A stretch of 64,000 bases of DNA from an uncultured Bacteroidales bacterium (GTDB lineage Bacteria; Bacteroidota; Bacteroidia; Bacteroidales; UBA932). The notes below the pieces were generated by a model. That model was not told the DNA's origin, searched no databases, and saw only the letters and a list, made by a program, of their open reading frames with translations. This document shows, piece after piece, positions 39,917-50,241 of this stretch. The translations under genes and the position numbers were made by a program. The stretch spans positions 7,896 through 71,895 of the forward strand of contig CAMMYY010000018.1 in NCBI GenBank assembly GCA_946529105.1, given 5' to 3'. Positions within the stretch are counted from its first letter, which is position 1, and each line of letters begins with the position of its first letter.

Positions 39917-40879
39917 ATGAAAAAAACCGTCAAGCTGGAAGCCATCGACCCCATCGAAATCTATGGAGTCGGCAATATGATTCTCTTGGAATTCTGCTCC
40001 TATTTCCCGCACCTGAAAGTGGTCGCCCGGGGAAACGAGCTCATTCTGGAAGGCAGTGAAAGTGACATTGCCGAGTTCAACATCCGTTTCGCAGAACTCA
40101 TCGACCGCCGTCACCACAAGATGAACCTTACCGTTTACGACGTAGAGGACATCTTCTCCGGCACCGGAGGCGCCCACAGCCGCCCCACCGGGGAGGCCGT
40201 CATCGTCCACGGCACAGACGGAAAACCCATCCGGGCCCGGAACAAAACCCAGCAGGACCTCGTAAAAGCCTATTTCGAGAACGACCTGGTCTTCGCCGTC
40301 GGCCCTGCCGGAACCGGCAAAACCTATATGGCCATCGCGCTGGCCGTCCGCGCTCTGAAGAACCGCGAGATCAAGCGCATCATCCTCACCCGCCCCGCCG
40401 TAGAAGCCGGCGAACGCCTGGGCTTCCTTCCGGGAGACTTGAAAGAAAAACTGGATCCCTATCTCCAGCCGCTGTACGACGCCCTTTCCGACATGATTCC
40501 CTCGAAGCGACTTCAGGAATTCATGAACGAAGGAACCATCCAGATCGCTCCCCTCGCCTATATGCGCGGCCGCACCCTGGACAAAGCCTGCGTCATCCTG
40601 GACGAGGCCCAGAACACCAACCTGGGCCAGCTCAAGATGTTCCTCACCCGCATGGGCATGAGCGCCAAGTTCATCGTCACCGGCGACGCCACCCAGGTGG
40701 ACCTTCCCCGCAAAGAAGACAGCGGTCTTCTGGCCGGCATCCGTATCCTGGAAGGCATCAAGGGCATCTCGGTCATCCGCTTCACCAGCGACGACATCGT
40801 CCGCCACCCGCTGGTCACCAAAATCGTAAAAGCCTTCGACCGGAAACCGGCCGAAGGCAATCAAACTTCAGAAAAATAG
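39917..40879 (+). CDS. phoH: PhoH family protein (YbeZ-like)
   Basis: GPAGTGKT, RPAVEAGERLGFLPG, YMRGRTL, DEAQN, VRHPLV. Confidence 0.93.
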   Translation: MKKTVKLEAIDPIEIYGVGNMILLEFCSYFPHLKVVARGNELILEGSESDIAEFNIRFAELIDRRHHKMNLTVYDVEDIFSGTGGAHSRPTGEAVIVHGTDGKPIRARNKTQQDLVKAYFENDLVFAVGPAGTGKTYMAIALAVRALKNREIKRIILTRPAVEAGERLGFLPGDLKEKLDPYLQPLYDALSDMIPSKRLQEFMNEGTIQIAPLAYMRGRTLDKACVILDEAQNTNLGQLKMFLTRMGMSAKFIVTGDATQVDLPRKEDSGLLAGIRILEGIKGISVIRFTSDDIVRHPLVTKIVKAFDRKPAEGNQTSEK

Positions 40880-40888
40880 CGCTTTCGC

Positions 40889-42193
40889 TTACTCGCCGTT
40901 CACGATGGCGTTCCACTTCTCGTAGCCAGCCTGGTACTTGCTGTCCACGCTGCGGAGCTGGAAGTTCAGGCGCTTCAGATAGTCGGCGGCAGCGGCTTTC
41001 ACCTCGGGGATGGTGCTCACTTCGTAGCACTTCTCGAAGGGAGCGATGGCAGACTCGTACACCTCGGTGAGTTTGGCGCTCAGCTCATCGTACTTTTTCC
41101 ACTCGCGGACATCCAGGGCGTTCATCTCGTCTACAATGGCCTCACCCTTCTTGAGGGCGATGTTGGCCTTTCCGTAGTATGCCATGTCATAATTCTCGTC
41201 AATCTTGAGGGCCTGCTCGTAAGCGGCGAGGGCCTTGTCAAAATCTTTGATACCGGCATAGATGTTACCTTCTACGTAGAAGAGGGACGGGTTGTCGGGC
41301 ATGGCCTTCTTGGCTTCGTCCAGCAGCTCCACGATCTTGGCGGGATCCTCTTTGGTCTGCAGGTACAGGTTGATGAGGCTGGTCAGGATGGAGGCGTTGT
41401 CGGGATAGGCGGTGAGACCGGTGGCCAGGTAATTCTTGGCGGCCAGGGTGTCGGCCTTGGCGAGGGCGCACTCGGAAAGGTTGGCATAGATGTTACCCTC
41501 GGAGGTATAACCGTTGGCAAGGCACTTGTTGAAGTATTCCTCTGCGCGGGTGTAGTTCTTGGTAGCTACGGCTGTGAAAGCGGTGTTATAGGTGGCATCA
41601 TCGTTCTTGACGGAGCAAGGAGCGGTGGAAGCTACGTCGGAAGCACCCTTGAACAGGTCGCTGGCTTTGGCAAGGTCGCCGAGCTGGTAGGCGGTGAAAG
41701 CGTCGTTGTAGTAGTTGTTGGCAATCTCCTGGAGCTTGGGATCGATATCCTTCTCCTTGGCACCCAGTTCGAAAGCCTTCACATATGCTTTGGCAGCTTC
41801 ACCCAGAATGTCTCCGGGAACGGAGGGGTGCGTCACTTCCACGATAGCCAGCACGCCGGCCTCGTTGAAGTAAACATTGACGTGGGAGAGTTCGTGTTTC
41901 TCGAAGTTCTGGCCGTCCAAGACAACGGAGGACACGGAAGCGGGCTGCTCCTTGTTCATCATGGCGAAGGTGGCCTTGTCGATGCCGGGCGCAATGTTGG
42001 CGATAGGATTGGCATAAGCGGCCATGTACGCCTTGGCAAGGTTCATCCAAGTGCCGGATTTGGTGGCTTTCTTGGCATCCTGAGCGGCGGCAAGGGCTTT
42101 GTCAACAGCCTTCTGCATTTCTGCGTCGGGCTTCTGAGCATACGCTACCTGCAGGGTGCAGGCAAGAGCGAGAGCGAGAAATAACTTTTTCAT
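40889..42193 (-). CDS. Secreted tetratricopeptide-repeat protein
   Basis: Signal peptide; TPR-like helices; position downstream of gyrA as in other Bacteroidetes. Confidence 0.8.
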   Translation of the reverse strand: MKKLFLALALACTLQVAYAQKPDAEMQKAVDKALAAAQDAKKATKSGTWMNLAKAYMAAYANPIANIAPGIDKATFAMMNKEQPASVSSVVLDGQNFEKHELSHVNVYFNEAGVLAIVEVTHPSVPGDILGEAAKAYVKAFELGAKEKDIDPKLQEIANNYYNDAFTAYQLGDLAKASDLFKGASDVASTAPCSVKNDDATYNTAFTAVATKNYTRAEEYFNKCLANGYTSEGNIYANLSECALAKADTLAAKNYLATGLTAYPDNASILTSLINLYLQTKEDPAKIVELLDEAKKAMPDNPSLFYVEGNIYAGIKDFDKALAAYEQALKIDENYDMAYYGKANIALKKGEAIVDEMNALDVREWKKYDELSAKLTEVYESAIAPFEKCYEVSTIPEVKAAAADYLKRLNFQLRSVDSKYQAGYEKWNAIVNGE

Positions 42194-42198
42194 ACTAT

Positions 42199-44727
42199 TT
42201 AAGAATTAACAATTTCTTCTTCCTGTTGCTGTTCTTCTTCATGAGTCACAACCGAAACGGCGGCAATAGAGTCTCCTTCCCGGATGTTAATGAGCTTGAC
42301 GCCCTGGGTAGCACGTCCGGCAACGCGGATGGTACTTACGGGCATGCGGATGGTCATTCCACTCCGGCAGATGATCATCAGGTCATCGTCGTCGGTGACA
42401 TTTTTGATAGCCACCAGCTTGCCGGTCTTTTCGGTGATGTTGAGGGTTCTGACACCCTTGGCACCACGGGAGGTCTGACGGTAGTCCATCGGGTCTGAGC
42501 GTTTGCCGAAACCATTCTCGGAGACGGCCAGCACCTGGTGCTTCGCTACGTCGTCGGCCTGTGGGTCCTGGCAGACGACACCCACCACAAAATCATCTTC
42601 ATCAAGATTGATGCCACGGACGCCGGTGGAGGTACGGCCCATGCCGCGGACCTCGTTTTCGTCAAAGCGGACACAGCGGCCGCCGTTGGCTGCAATCATC
42701 ACATTACAGCGGCCGTTGGTGAGGATGGCTTCCAGCAGTTCGTCGTCCTCACGGATGTTGATGGCATTGACGCCGTTGGTGCGGGGACGGGAGTAGGCTT
42801 CCAGGGAAGTCTTCTTCACGACACCCTTGCGGGTAACCATCATGATGAAGTTATTGTTGATGAAATCCTCGTCTTTCAGGGTCTTGACATTGATGTATGC
42901 CTTGACGCTGTCGTCGGGGTCGATCATCAGGATGTTCTGGATGGCGCGGCCCTTGGACGTACGGTTGCCTTCCGGAATCTCGTACACTTTGAGCCAGTAG
43001 CACTTGCCCTTCTGGGTGAACAGGAGCATGGTGCTGTGGGTATTGGCGATGTAGATATGCTCGATGAAATCTTCATCGCGGGTGGCGCTGCCCTTCATGC
43101 CCACGCCGCCGCGGTTCTGCGTGCGGAATTCCGTGAGCGGGGTGCGCTTGATGTAGCCCAGGTGGGAGATGGTGATGACCTGGTCTTCGTCGGCATAGAA
43201 GTCCTCGGGGTTGAATTCGTCGTCGGCGAGGGTGATTTCGGTGCGGCGGGGATCGCCGTAGCGGGCCTTGAGGTCCTGCGTTTCCGACTTGATGACGCCG
43301 AACTGCTCCTCTACGGAGCCCAGGATCTGGAGGCAGCGCTCGATGAAGCGCATGAGGTCGTCGTATTCGTTGCGGAGCTTTTCACGGTCCAGGCCGGTGA
43401 GCTGGCCCAGGGTAAGGGCGATAATGGCGGCCGACTGAGGCTCGGTGAATCCGTAACGTTCCTGAAGCATCTGCTTGGCGTCGTCGCGGTTCTTGGTTTC
43501 GTAACGGATGATGTGGACAATCTCGTCGATGATGTCCATGGCTTTCAGCAGGCCTTCCAGGATGTGGGCGCGCTTCTGGGCTTTTTCCAGTTCGAACTGC
43601 GTGCGGCGAACGACCACCTCATGGCGGAAGTCCACGAATTCCTTGATGATCTCCTTGAGGGTGAGCGTACGGGGACGGCCTTTCACCAGGGCGACATTGT
43701 TAAAGGAGAAACTGCTCTGGAGCGGGCTGAGCTTGAACAGCAAATTCAGCACGACGCCGGAATTGGTACCCTGCTTGAGGCGGATGACGACGCGGGTTTC
43801 GCCGCGGGAGCTTTCGTCATTGATGTAGGAGATGCCTTCCACCTTCTTCTCGTCGGCAAGCTGGGCGATCTTTTCGATCATTTCCCGCTTGTTCACCATA
43901 TAGGGGATTTCGGTGACGACGATAGTCTCGCGGCCTTTGTCATCCACTTCGATTTCCGTCTTGGAACGGATGACCACGCGGCCGCGGCCGGTTTCATAGG
44001 CTTCCTTGATGCCGCCTTTGCCCATCACGATACCGCCGGTGGGGAAATCCGGACCTTTGATGTACTGCATGAGCTCGTCCGTGGTGATTTCCGGGTTGTC
44101 GATGTAGGCGCAGATTGCGTCGCAGCACTCGCCCAGGTTGTGGGGCGCCATGTTGGTAGCCATGCCTACGGCAATGCCGGAGGCACCGTTCAGCAGCAGG
44201 AGGGGGGCTTTGGTGGGGAGGACAGTGGGCTCTTCGAGCGTGTCGTCGAAGTTCAGGGTCATGTCCACGGTGTTCTTGTCCATGTCGGCGAGGACATCCT
44301 CGGCCATGCGCTGGAGCTTGGCTTCCGTGTATCGCATGGCGGCAGGAGAATCGCCGTCCACGCTGCCGAAGTTGCCCTGGCCTTTCACCAGCGGGTAACG
44401 CTGGTTCCATTCCTGGCCCAGGCGGACCATGGCGTCGTATACGCTGGAGTCTCCGTGCGGGTGATACTTACCCATCACTTCACCCACGATACGGGCGCTC
44501 TTCTTGGTCTGTCCGCCGTAACTCAGGCCCATGTTGTCCATGCCGAACAGAACGCGTCGCTGAACGGGTTTAAGGCCGTCCCGGGCATCCGGAAGGGCAC
44601 GCGAAACGATCACCGACATTGAGTAGTCAATGTAGGCGGTGCGCATTTCGTGGTCTATCTCCACTTGCTCGATGTATCCGGTTTCCTGGATGGGCTCGAG
44701 CGGATTCTTCTCTTCGTTGTTATCCAT
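42199..44727 (-). CDS. gyrA: DNA gyrase subunit A
   Basis: [29 protein letters not shown], GyrA box QNRGGVG. Confidence 0.98.
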   Translation of the reverse strand: MDNNEEKNPLEPIQETGYIEQVEIDHEMRTAYIDYSMSVIVSRALPDARDGLKPVQRRVLFGMDNMGLSYGGQTKKSARIVGEVMGKYHPHGDSSVYDAMVRLGQEWNQRYPLVKGQGNFGSVDGDSPAAMRYTEAKLQRMAEDVLADMDKNTVDMTLNFDDTLEEPTVLPTKAPLLLLNGASGIAVGMATNMAPHNLGECCDAICAYIDNPEITTDELMQYIKGPDFPTGGIVMGKGGIKEAYETGRGRVVIRSKTEIEVDDKGRETIVVTEIPYMVNKREMIEKIAQLADEKKVEGISYINDESSRGETRVVIRLKQGTNSGVVLNLLFKLSPLQSSFSFNNVALVKGRPRTLTLKEIIKEFVDFRHEVVVRRTQFELEKAQKRAHILEGLLKAMDIIDEIVHIIRYETKNRDDAKQMLQERYGFTEPQSAAIIALTLGQLTGLDREKLRNEYDDLMRFIERCLQILGSVEEQFGVIKSETQDLKARYGDPRRTEITLADDEFNPEDFYADEDQVITISHLGYIKRTPLTEFRTQNRGGVGMKGSATRDEDFIEHIYIANTHSTMLLFTQKGKCYWLKVYEIPEGNRTSKGRAIQNILMIDPDDSVKAYINVKTLKDEDFINNNFIMMVTRKGVVKKTSLEAYSRPRTNGVNAINIREDDELLEAILTNGRCNVMIAANGGRCVRFDENEVRGMGRTSTGVRGINLDEDDFVVGVVCQDPQADDVAKHQVLAVSENGFGKRSDPMDYRQTSRGAKGVRTLNITEKTGKLVAIKNVTDDDDLMIICRSGMTIRMPVSTIRVAGRATQGVKLINIREGDSIAAVSVVTHEEEQQQEEEIVNS

Positions 44728-44789
44728 TTTTCTTATCTCTCATTATAAACATACAAAGATAAGAAAAAAAATTGAATTTCCGAGGGGAT

Positions 44790-45302
44790 TTATTTGAGAA
44801 TGTACTCGGTTGAGATGCCGCCGAACTCTTCCAGCACCATCCGGGTGATGCGGCCGTTCCTGTTGTAGTCCAGCTGCATGCCGGAGTAGCCTTTGGGCAT
44901 GGTTTTACGGACTTTAATGACGACATGTTTCCCGCCTTTGACGGAAGTGACGGTGCAGTCCGCATCCAGATCCTTCGCAATGTCCTCATATTTGCCCTGG
45001 ATGCCGTACAGGATGGCGTTGCGCTGGGCCTGGACGGCTTTGTTGCCGGAGGTGTTCACGTCGGCCGTGACGCCGCGCATGTCCATCCGGACGATGGGGC
45101 CGTCGATAATGAAGTAATCACCGTCGGGCTTGGTGTAGAGCATGGCAAGCTGGTCGGGGGCCGTATAGGAAATGGTTCCTTCGCTCTTGATGGTCTTACC
45201 GGAGACCTTGAGCGTCTTGGTCTGGACAAAAGTTCCCTCAAAGTTCTGTGCGGCGGCACTCAGGCCGATGAGCATAAGGGCAAATACGAGTAGTTTTTTC
45301 AT
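44790..45302 (-). CDS. LolA-like periplasmic lipoprotein carrier
   Basis: Signal peptide; FEGTFVQTK..SEG....PDQL...YTKP pattern; ATG at 45302. Confidence 0.65.
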   Translation of the reverse strand: MKKLLVFALMLIGLSAAAQNFEGTFVQTKTLKVSGKTIKSEGTISYTAPDQLAMLYTKPDGDYFIIDGPIVRMDMRGVTADVNTSGNKAVQAQRNAILYGIQGKYEDIAKDLDADCTVTSVKGGKHVVIKVRKTMPKGYSGMQLDYNRNGRITRMVLEEFGGISTEYILK

Positions 45303-45429
45303 AACGGCGTATCTGTTTGCAAAAATAGTGCCCGCAAAGATACGCTCTTTTTTCGGAATCCATGACAAATTGGCAGAAAAGCCTCAAGGTCCGATTGTTG
45401 ATTACGTGGAAATCATTATTTTTGTACCT

Positions 45430-47760
45430 ATGCAATTTCAACTACAAATATCCGACGACCTGAACATGGTCATCAAATATGCCCGCGAAGAAGCCATGCG
45501 TACCGGCAGTTACGGGATCGGCCCGGACCACCTCCTGCTGGGGATTGTCCGGCATGAAGACAATGCCGCTTTCCGCACGCTGCAGAGCCTGGGCATCGAA
45601 CCGGTGGACCTGAAAGCGTTCATCGACCAGCGGATCTTCACCAACGAGACCATCCCCTACGAGCAGATCGATTCGATCAGCTTTTCCCGGCAGGCCCAGA
45701 ACGTCCTGAGCATCACCGTCATGGAAGCCTCCCGCCTGAAAAGCCCCGCCGCCGGGCCGGAGCACCTGCTGCTGGCCCTTTGCCGCACGACGGAAAGTTA
45801 CGGCCAGGTTTACCTCCGCTCCCACGGCATCGACTATGGCCGGCTGCTGTCCTTTATGGAAAGCGAAGGCATCTTGAGCCCGCGCGAGCCCTCCCGTGAG
45901 CAGCCGTCCCAGGGTCCCGAAGAAGACACGCCCGACCCCGAAAAGAAACTGGATATCGAGGAATTCGCATACGACCTCACCCGCGCCGCCCGGGAAGGCA
46001 AACTGGACCCCGTAGTAGGCCGAGACATGGAAATCTCCCGCGTCATCGAAATCCTGGGCCGACGGAAAAAGAACAACCCCATGCTGATCGGCGAACCCGG
46101 CGTGGGGAAATCGGCCATCGTGGAAGGGATTGCACAGCGGATTGCGTCTGGAAACATCTCGGCCGCCCTGGCGAAAAAACGCATCCTTTCGCTGGACATC
46201 GCTTCGGTGGTGGCGGGCACCAAATACCGCGGCGACTTTGAAAAACGCCTCAAATCCATCATCAAGGAAGCCAGCGAGAACCCCGACCTGATCCTTTTCA
46301 TCGACGAATTCCACACCATCGTCGGAGCCGGAGGGGCATCCGGCAGCCTGGATGCAGCCAACATGCTCAAACCCGCCCTTGCACGCGGGGAATTCCAGTG
46401 CATCGGCGCCACTACCCTGGACGAATTCACCAAGATCGTGGAAAAGGACGGCGCACTGGACCGCCGTTTCCAGAAAATCATCGTGGAACCCACCGGCGTT
46501 ACGGAGTCCGTCGAAATCCTGAAGCATCTGAAGCCGCGTTACGAAGAGTTCCACGGCATTCACTATACCGACGACGCCGTCGAGTCGGCCGTCCGTCTGA
46601 CCGACCGCTACATCACGGACAAATCCCTCCCGGACAAGGCGATCGACGCCCTGGACGAAGCCGGATCCATGGTCCGCCTGGCCCTTTCCCGCGGTAAAGG
46701 AAGAGAAAAGCAGGTGGACGCGGAGGATATCGCCACCGTCATCTCGAAGATGACCGGCATTCCCGTGAACAAAGTGGCCGAAAGCGAGGGCAACCGCATC
46801 ATCCGGATGCGCGACCGCCTGATGCAGCGCATCATCGGCCAGGACGAGGCCGTGGACACAGTGGTCCGCGCCATCCAGCGGGGCCGCGCCGGCCTCAAGG
46901 ACCCGCACCGGCCCATCGGCACCTTCCTGTTCTTCGGACCCACCGGCGTGGGAAAAACCCAGCTCGCACGTTCCCTGGCCGAATATCTGTTTGACAGCGA
47001 GGAGAACATGGTCCGGCTGGACATGAGCGAATACATGGAGAAATTCAGCGTATCGCGCCTGATCGGGGCGCCTCCCGGCTATGTCGGATACGAAGAAGGC
47101 GGCCAGCTCAGCGAACGGGTGCGCCGCAAACCGTACTGCGTCGTGCTGCTGGACGAGATTGAAAAAGCCCACCCGGACATCTTCAACCTGCTCCTGCAGG
47201 TGATGGACGAAGGACGGCTCACCGACAGCAACGGCCGTACGGTGGATTTCAAGAACACCATCGTCATCATGACTTCCAACGTGGGAAGCCGCGAGATGGA
47301 AGATTATGGAAACGGAATCGGATTTGCCACGGCCGGCAAGAATCTGGACGTGGACCGGCGGAGCGTAGTGGAAAAAGCCGTGAAGAAGGCATTCCCGCCG
47401 GAGTTTATCAACCGTGTGGACGGGCAGGTCTACTTCCGCTCCCTGGACAAGGAAGCCATTGAGAAGATCATTGACATTGAACTGAAAGACCTGCGCGGGC
47501 GGGCATTGGAAGCCGGATACAAACTGGTCATCACCCCTTCCGCCAAGCGGCTGATTGCCGACGCCGGCTATGATCCGGCATACGGAGCCCGGCCGCTGAA
47601 ACGGGCGATTGTGCGCTTTGTGGAAGACCCTGTGTCGGAATTCATTATCGGAGACCGCATCCTGGTGTCCCGCAAGAAGGCGGCGGAAGGACTCCGCACC
47701 CTTCGCGTGACCCTGTCGCCCGACAAGGAATCCACCCAGGTGGAACTGAAGGCCGACTAG
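45430..47760 (+). CDS. clpC: ATP-dependent Clp protease ATP-binding subunit (ClpC/ClpA type)
   Basis: Clp N repeats (DHLLL, EHLLL), GEPGVGKS, LPDKAID, GPTGVGKT, IGF loop, YGARPL; ATG at 45430. Confidence 0.92.
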   Translation: MQFQLQISDDLNMVIKYAREEAMRTGSYGIGPDHLLLGIVRHEDNAAFRTLQSLGIEPVDLKAFIDQRIFTNETIPYEQIDSISFSRQAQNVLSITVMEASRLKSPAAGPEHLLLALCRTTESYGQVYLRSHGIDYGRLLSFMESEGILSPREPSREQPSQGPEEDTPDPEKKLDIEEFAYDLTRAAREGKLDPVVGRDMEISRVIEILGRRKKNNPMLIGEPGVGKSAIVEGIAQRIASGNISAALAKKRILSLDIASVVAGTKYRGDFEKRLKSIIKEASENPDLILFIDEFHTIVGAGGASGSLDAANMLKPALARGEFQCIGATTLDEFTKIVEKDGALDRRFQKIIVEPTGVTESVEILKHLKPRYEEFHGIHYTDDAVESAVRLTDRYITDKSLPDKAIDALDEAGSMVRLALSRGKGREKQVDAEDIATVISKMTGIPVNKVAESEGNRIIRMRDRLMQRIIGQDEAVDTVVRAIQRGRAGLKDPHRPIGTFLFFGPTGVGKTQLARSLAEYLFDSEENMVRLDMSEYMEKFSVSRLIGAPPGYVGYEEGGQLSERVRRKPYCVVLLDEIEKAHPDIFNLLLQVMDEGRLTDSNGRTVDFKNTIVIMTSNVGSREMEDYGNGIGFATAGKNLDVDRRSVVEKAVKKAFPPEFINRVDGQVYFRSLDKEAIEKIIDIELKDLRGRALEAGYKLVITPSAKRLIADAGYDPAYGARPLKRAIVRFVEDPVSEFIIGDRILVSRKKAAEGLRTLRVTLSPDKESTQVELKAD

Positions 47761-47882
47761 AGCGCCAGGGCGTCTTCCATTTCAAGACCCAAGTCCGAAA
47801 TGATATCCTTGAGCGCCTGGAAGGAAGTGTCCGAAGAGATCATGTTGGAGAGCATGTCAAGGTTATAATCGGTGTTACGCAT
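47757..47882 (-). CDS. Putative small protein, 41 aa (MRNTDYNLDMLSNMISSDTSFQALKDIISDLGLEMEDALAL)
   Basis: ATG preceded by A-rich aaaacaacaaagct; TATCTTTG element at 47908-47915; fills the clpC-hydrolase gap. Confidence 0.6.
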   Translation of the reverse strand: MRNTDYNLDMLSNMISSDTSFQALKDIISDLGLEMEDALAL

Positions 47883-47955
47883 AGCTTTGTTGTTTTAATT
47901 TCTGTTGCAAAGATACCGCCAGCTTGTGCCAAACTACTGCCCAAGCTCAAAAAAT

Positions 47956-48888
47956 ATGAAAAAATTTGTCGTATTTCTTTTTGCACTGACTGCCGGCCTC
48001 TGGGCATCGGCACAGGAAACCTATCATTTTGCCGACAGGGACACCTGCGCCCTGTACCTGGACATTTACCGCCCCGTGGAAGGCGCGCCCACGCAGCTGG
48101 ACAGCCTTGACAAACCCACCATCGTATATGTGTTCGGCGGCGGATTCCTTACAGGAGAGCGGAACGGGAAATGGATCCAGCAATGGTTCAGACGGCTCAA
48201 TGAGAACGGCTATACGGTGGTGTCCATCGACTATCGGCTGGGCATGAAAGACTATGAGGTGGGAAAAGGCATCAAAGGCGCCATCAAGGCCAGCGACCGT
48301 TTCCTCCTGTCACAGCAGATTGGCGTAGAGGACCTGTTCAGCGCCGTTTCCTTCCTTTCGGAGAACGCCGCCGAACTGGGCATCGATCCCGGCAACCTGG
48401 TGGCCGCAGGCAGTTCGGCCGGTGCCATCATCTGCATGGCGGCGGAATATGAGATTGTCAGCGGACGCACCCAGGGACTCCCGGAAGGCTTCAATTTCAA
48501 AGGCGTGATGTCTTTCGCCGGAGCCGTCATCAGCACCAGCGGGGCTCCGGAGTACCGCACAGCCCCCTGCCCCACCCTGCTGCTGCACGGAACGGCCGAC
48601 GAAGCCGTAGCCTACCGCAAATACAATGTGGGCGGCCGCGGTATCTGGGGCAGCGACTACCTGGTGGACCAGTGGAAGAAAAAAAATTACCGGAACTACT
48701 GCATCTACCGCTTCCAGGACCGCACCCACGATGTTGCGGCCTACATGGATTACCTCTGGGACCTGGAACAGGCCTTCCTCGAGAAGAATGTGATCCAGGG
48801 CGCCGTCCGCACCGTGGACGCCGTGGTAGACGACAAGTCCCTCCCCTCCTGGGGCAACATCAGCATGGACAGCATTTACCGGAACTGA
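47956..48888 (+). CDS. Secreted alpha/beta hydrolase (carboxylesterase-like)
   Basis: LDIYRP, FGGGF, SIDYRL, GSSAG, HGTAD; ATG at 47956. Confidence 0.85.
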   Translation: MKKFVVFLFALTAGLWASAQETYHFADRDTCALYLDIYRPVEGAPTQLDSLDKPTIVYVFGGGFLTGERNGKWIQQWFRRLNENGYTVVSIDYRLGMKDYEVGKGIKGAIKASDRFLLSQQIGVEDLFSAVSFLSENAAELGIDPGNLVAAGSSAGAIICMAAEYEIVSGRTQGLPEGFNFKGVMSFAGAVISTSGAPEYRTAPCPTLLLHGTADEAVAYRKYNVGGRGIWGSDYLVDQWKKKNYRNYCIYRFQDRTHDVAAYMDYLWDLEQAFLEKNVIQGAVRTVDAVVDDKSLPSWGNISMDSIYRN

Positions 48889-48891
48889 CGC

Positions 48892-49236
48892 TTACAAATA
48901 CAGCGCGTGCGTGTTCTTGATCTCGTCCATCACGAAGGACGAGAGAATGGAGCCGATGGCGTCAATCGTTCCCAGGACATTGATAATGAATTCGTTGTAG
49001 TATTTCATATCCGGGGCCTGGATTTTCAGGAGATAGTCGTATTCTCCGGAGATATTGTAACATTCCGCCACCTGCGGAATGTCCCGGATCACTGAAATGA
49101 AGTCTTTGGCTACGCCGCGGTTCATCTGTTTCAGCTTCACGGAGCAGAATACAGTGAAGCCGCGGCCCAGTTTGTCCGCATCCAGCACCGCCACATATTT
49201 CTGGATGAAACCGCCCCGTTCCAGGCGCTTCAGGCG
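48892..49236 (-). pseudogene. 5'-truncated Lrp/AsnC regulator
   Basis: RLKRLE.GFI.KY.A.LD and ECYNISGEYDYLLK present, but the N-terminal HTH and a start codon are missing; homology abuts a hairpin. Confidence 0.75.
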
Positions 49237-49268
49237 CAGGAACCCGCCAGACAGCTGGCGGGCTCCTG
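49237..49268 (-). terminator. Hairpin downstream of the nucleoside phosphorylase gene (U-tail absent)
   Basis: caggaacccgccag-acag-ctggcgggctcctg. Confidence 0.55.
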
Positions 49269-49288
49269 AACGATATTCTGCTTTCAAT

Positions 49289-50173
49289 CTAGAGGGTGGA
49301 CATGCGTTCCAGGGACAGCTCGACGAGCTTGCGGATGGCGGGCTTGTAATCCGGGTTGGAACTTTGCAGGTAACGGTTGGCGATAATGCAGCAGACTGTG
49401 CTGGCATTGTGTCCCAGATGGGCGCAGAGGCCGGCCAGCGGGGAACTCTCCATCTCGAAGTTGGTGATGCGGTAGTCAACGCCGGAATCCGAGAAGCGGA
49501 ACGTCTCGATGTCTTCCAGCATATTGGGCATTGCGAGCGGAACGCGGACCACACGGCCCTGGGGACCGTAAAAGCCGCAGGCCGAAATGGTTACACCCTG
49601 GATGGTCACGTCCTTCATCAAGTCGATGATCTTAGGAGAAGCCTTCACGAAATAAGGGGAAGGGAGGACGTCCGGCCAGTTCATGTGCTCCTTGAAAGCC
49701 TTTTCCACGGCAGGGATGGTGACTTTTTCACGGTTGCCGTACCAGTTCATGACACCGTCGAAACCCACGCTGATGTGAGCGAGGACGTAGCTGCCCAGGG
49801 GAATGTCGGCATGCAGGGCGCCGGAGGTGCCGATGCGGAGGATATTCAGCGCACGGTGCACAGGCTTGACCTCACGGGTGGAGAAGTCCACATTGGCGAG
49901 GGCGTCCAGTTCCGTCATCACGATGTCGATATTGTCCGGGCCGATGCCGTGGGACAGGGCGGTGATGCGCTTGCCGTTGTACTTTCCGGTTACGGAGACA
50001 AATTCACGGGAAGCATGACGGAATTCGATGTCGTTCAGATATTCGGCAATCATGTCCACGCGGGAGGGGTCGCCTACCATGATGACATTGTCGGCCAACT
50101 CTTCGGGCTTGAGGTGCAGGTGGAAGACAGAGCCGTCGCTGTTGATAATCAGTTCAGATTCGGGAATTCTCAT
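49289..50173 (-). CDS. Nucleoside (uridine-type) phosphorylase
   Basis: VGDPSRV, SHGIGPDN, RIGTSG, GFYGPQGR, NFEMES; ATG at 50173. Confidence 0.9.
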   Translation of the reverse strand: MRIPESELIINSDGSVFHLHLKPEELADNVIMVGDPSRVDMIAEYLNDIEFRHASREFVSVTGKYNGKRITALSHGIGPDNIDIVMTELDALANVDFSTREVKPVHRALNILRIGTSGALHADIPLGSYVLAHISVGFDGVMNWYGNREKVTIPAVEKAFKEHMNWPDVLPSPYFVKASPKIIDLMKDVTIQGVTISACGFYGPQGRVVRVPLAMPNMLEDIETFRFSDSGVDYRITNFEMESSPLAGLCAHLGHNASTVCCIIANRYLQSSNPDYKPAIRKLVELSLERMSTL

Positions 50174-50241
50174 AATACTTGTGGTTCTAAAGGACAAATA
50201 TACAAAAAATTATTGCTATTTTTGTACAAAACCGCATAATA

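Noticed and set aside
42073-42100. gcatcctgagcggcggcaagg, weakly similar to the REP-like arm
   Set aside because: Partial match only, no partner arm, and explained by Ala-rich coding sequence.
47918-47933. TGGCAC..GC sigma-54-like motif upstream of the small ORF
   Set aside because: GG-to-GC spacing is 9 rather than the required 10 nt; the TATCTTTG element explains the promoter.
48892-49554. 220-aa ORF suggesting an N-terminally extended Lrp
   Set aside because: The extension is an alternative frame of the nucleoside phosphorylase gene and runs through a hairpin; it has no HTH similarity.
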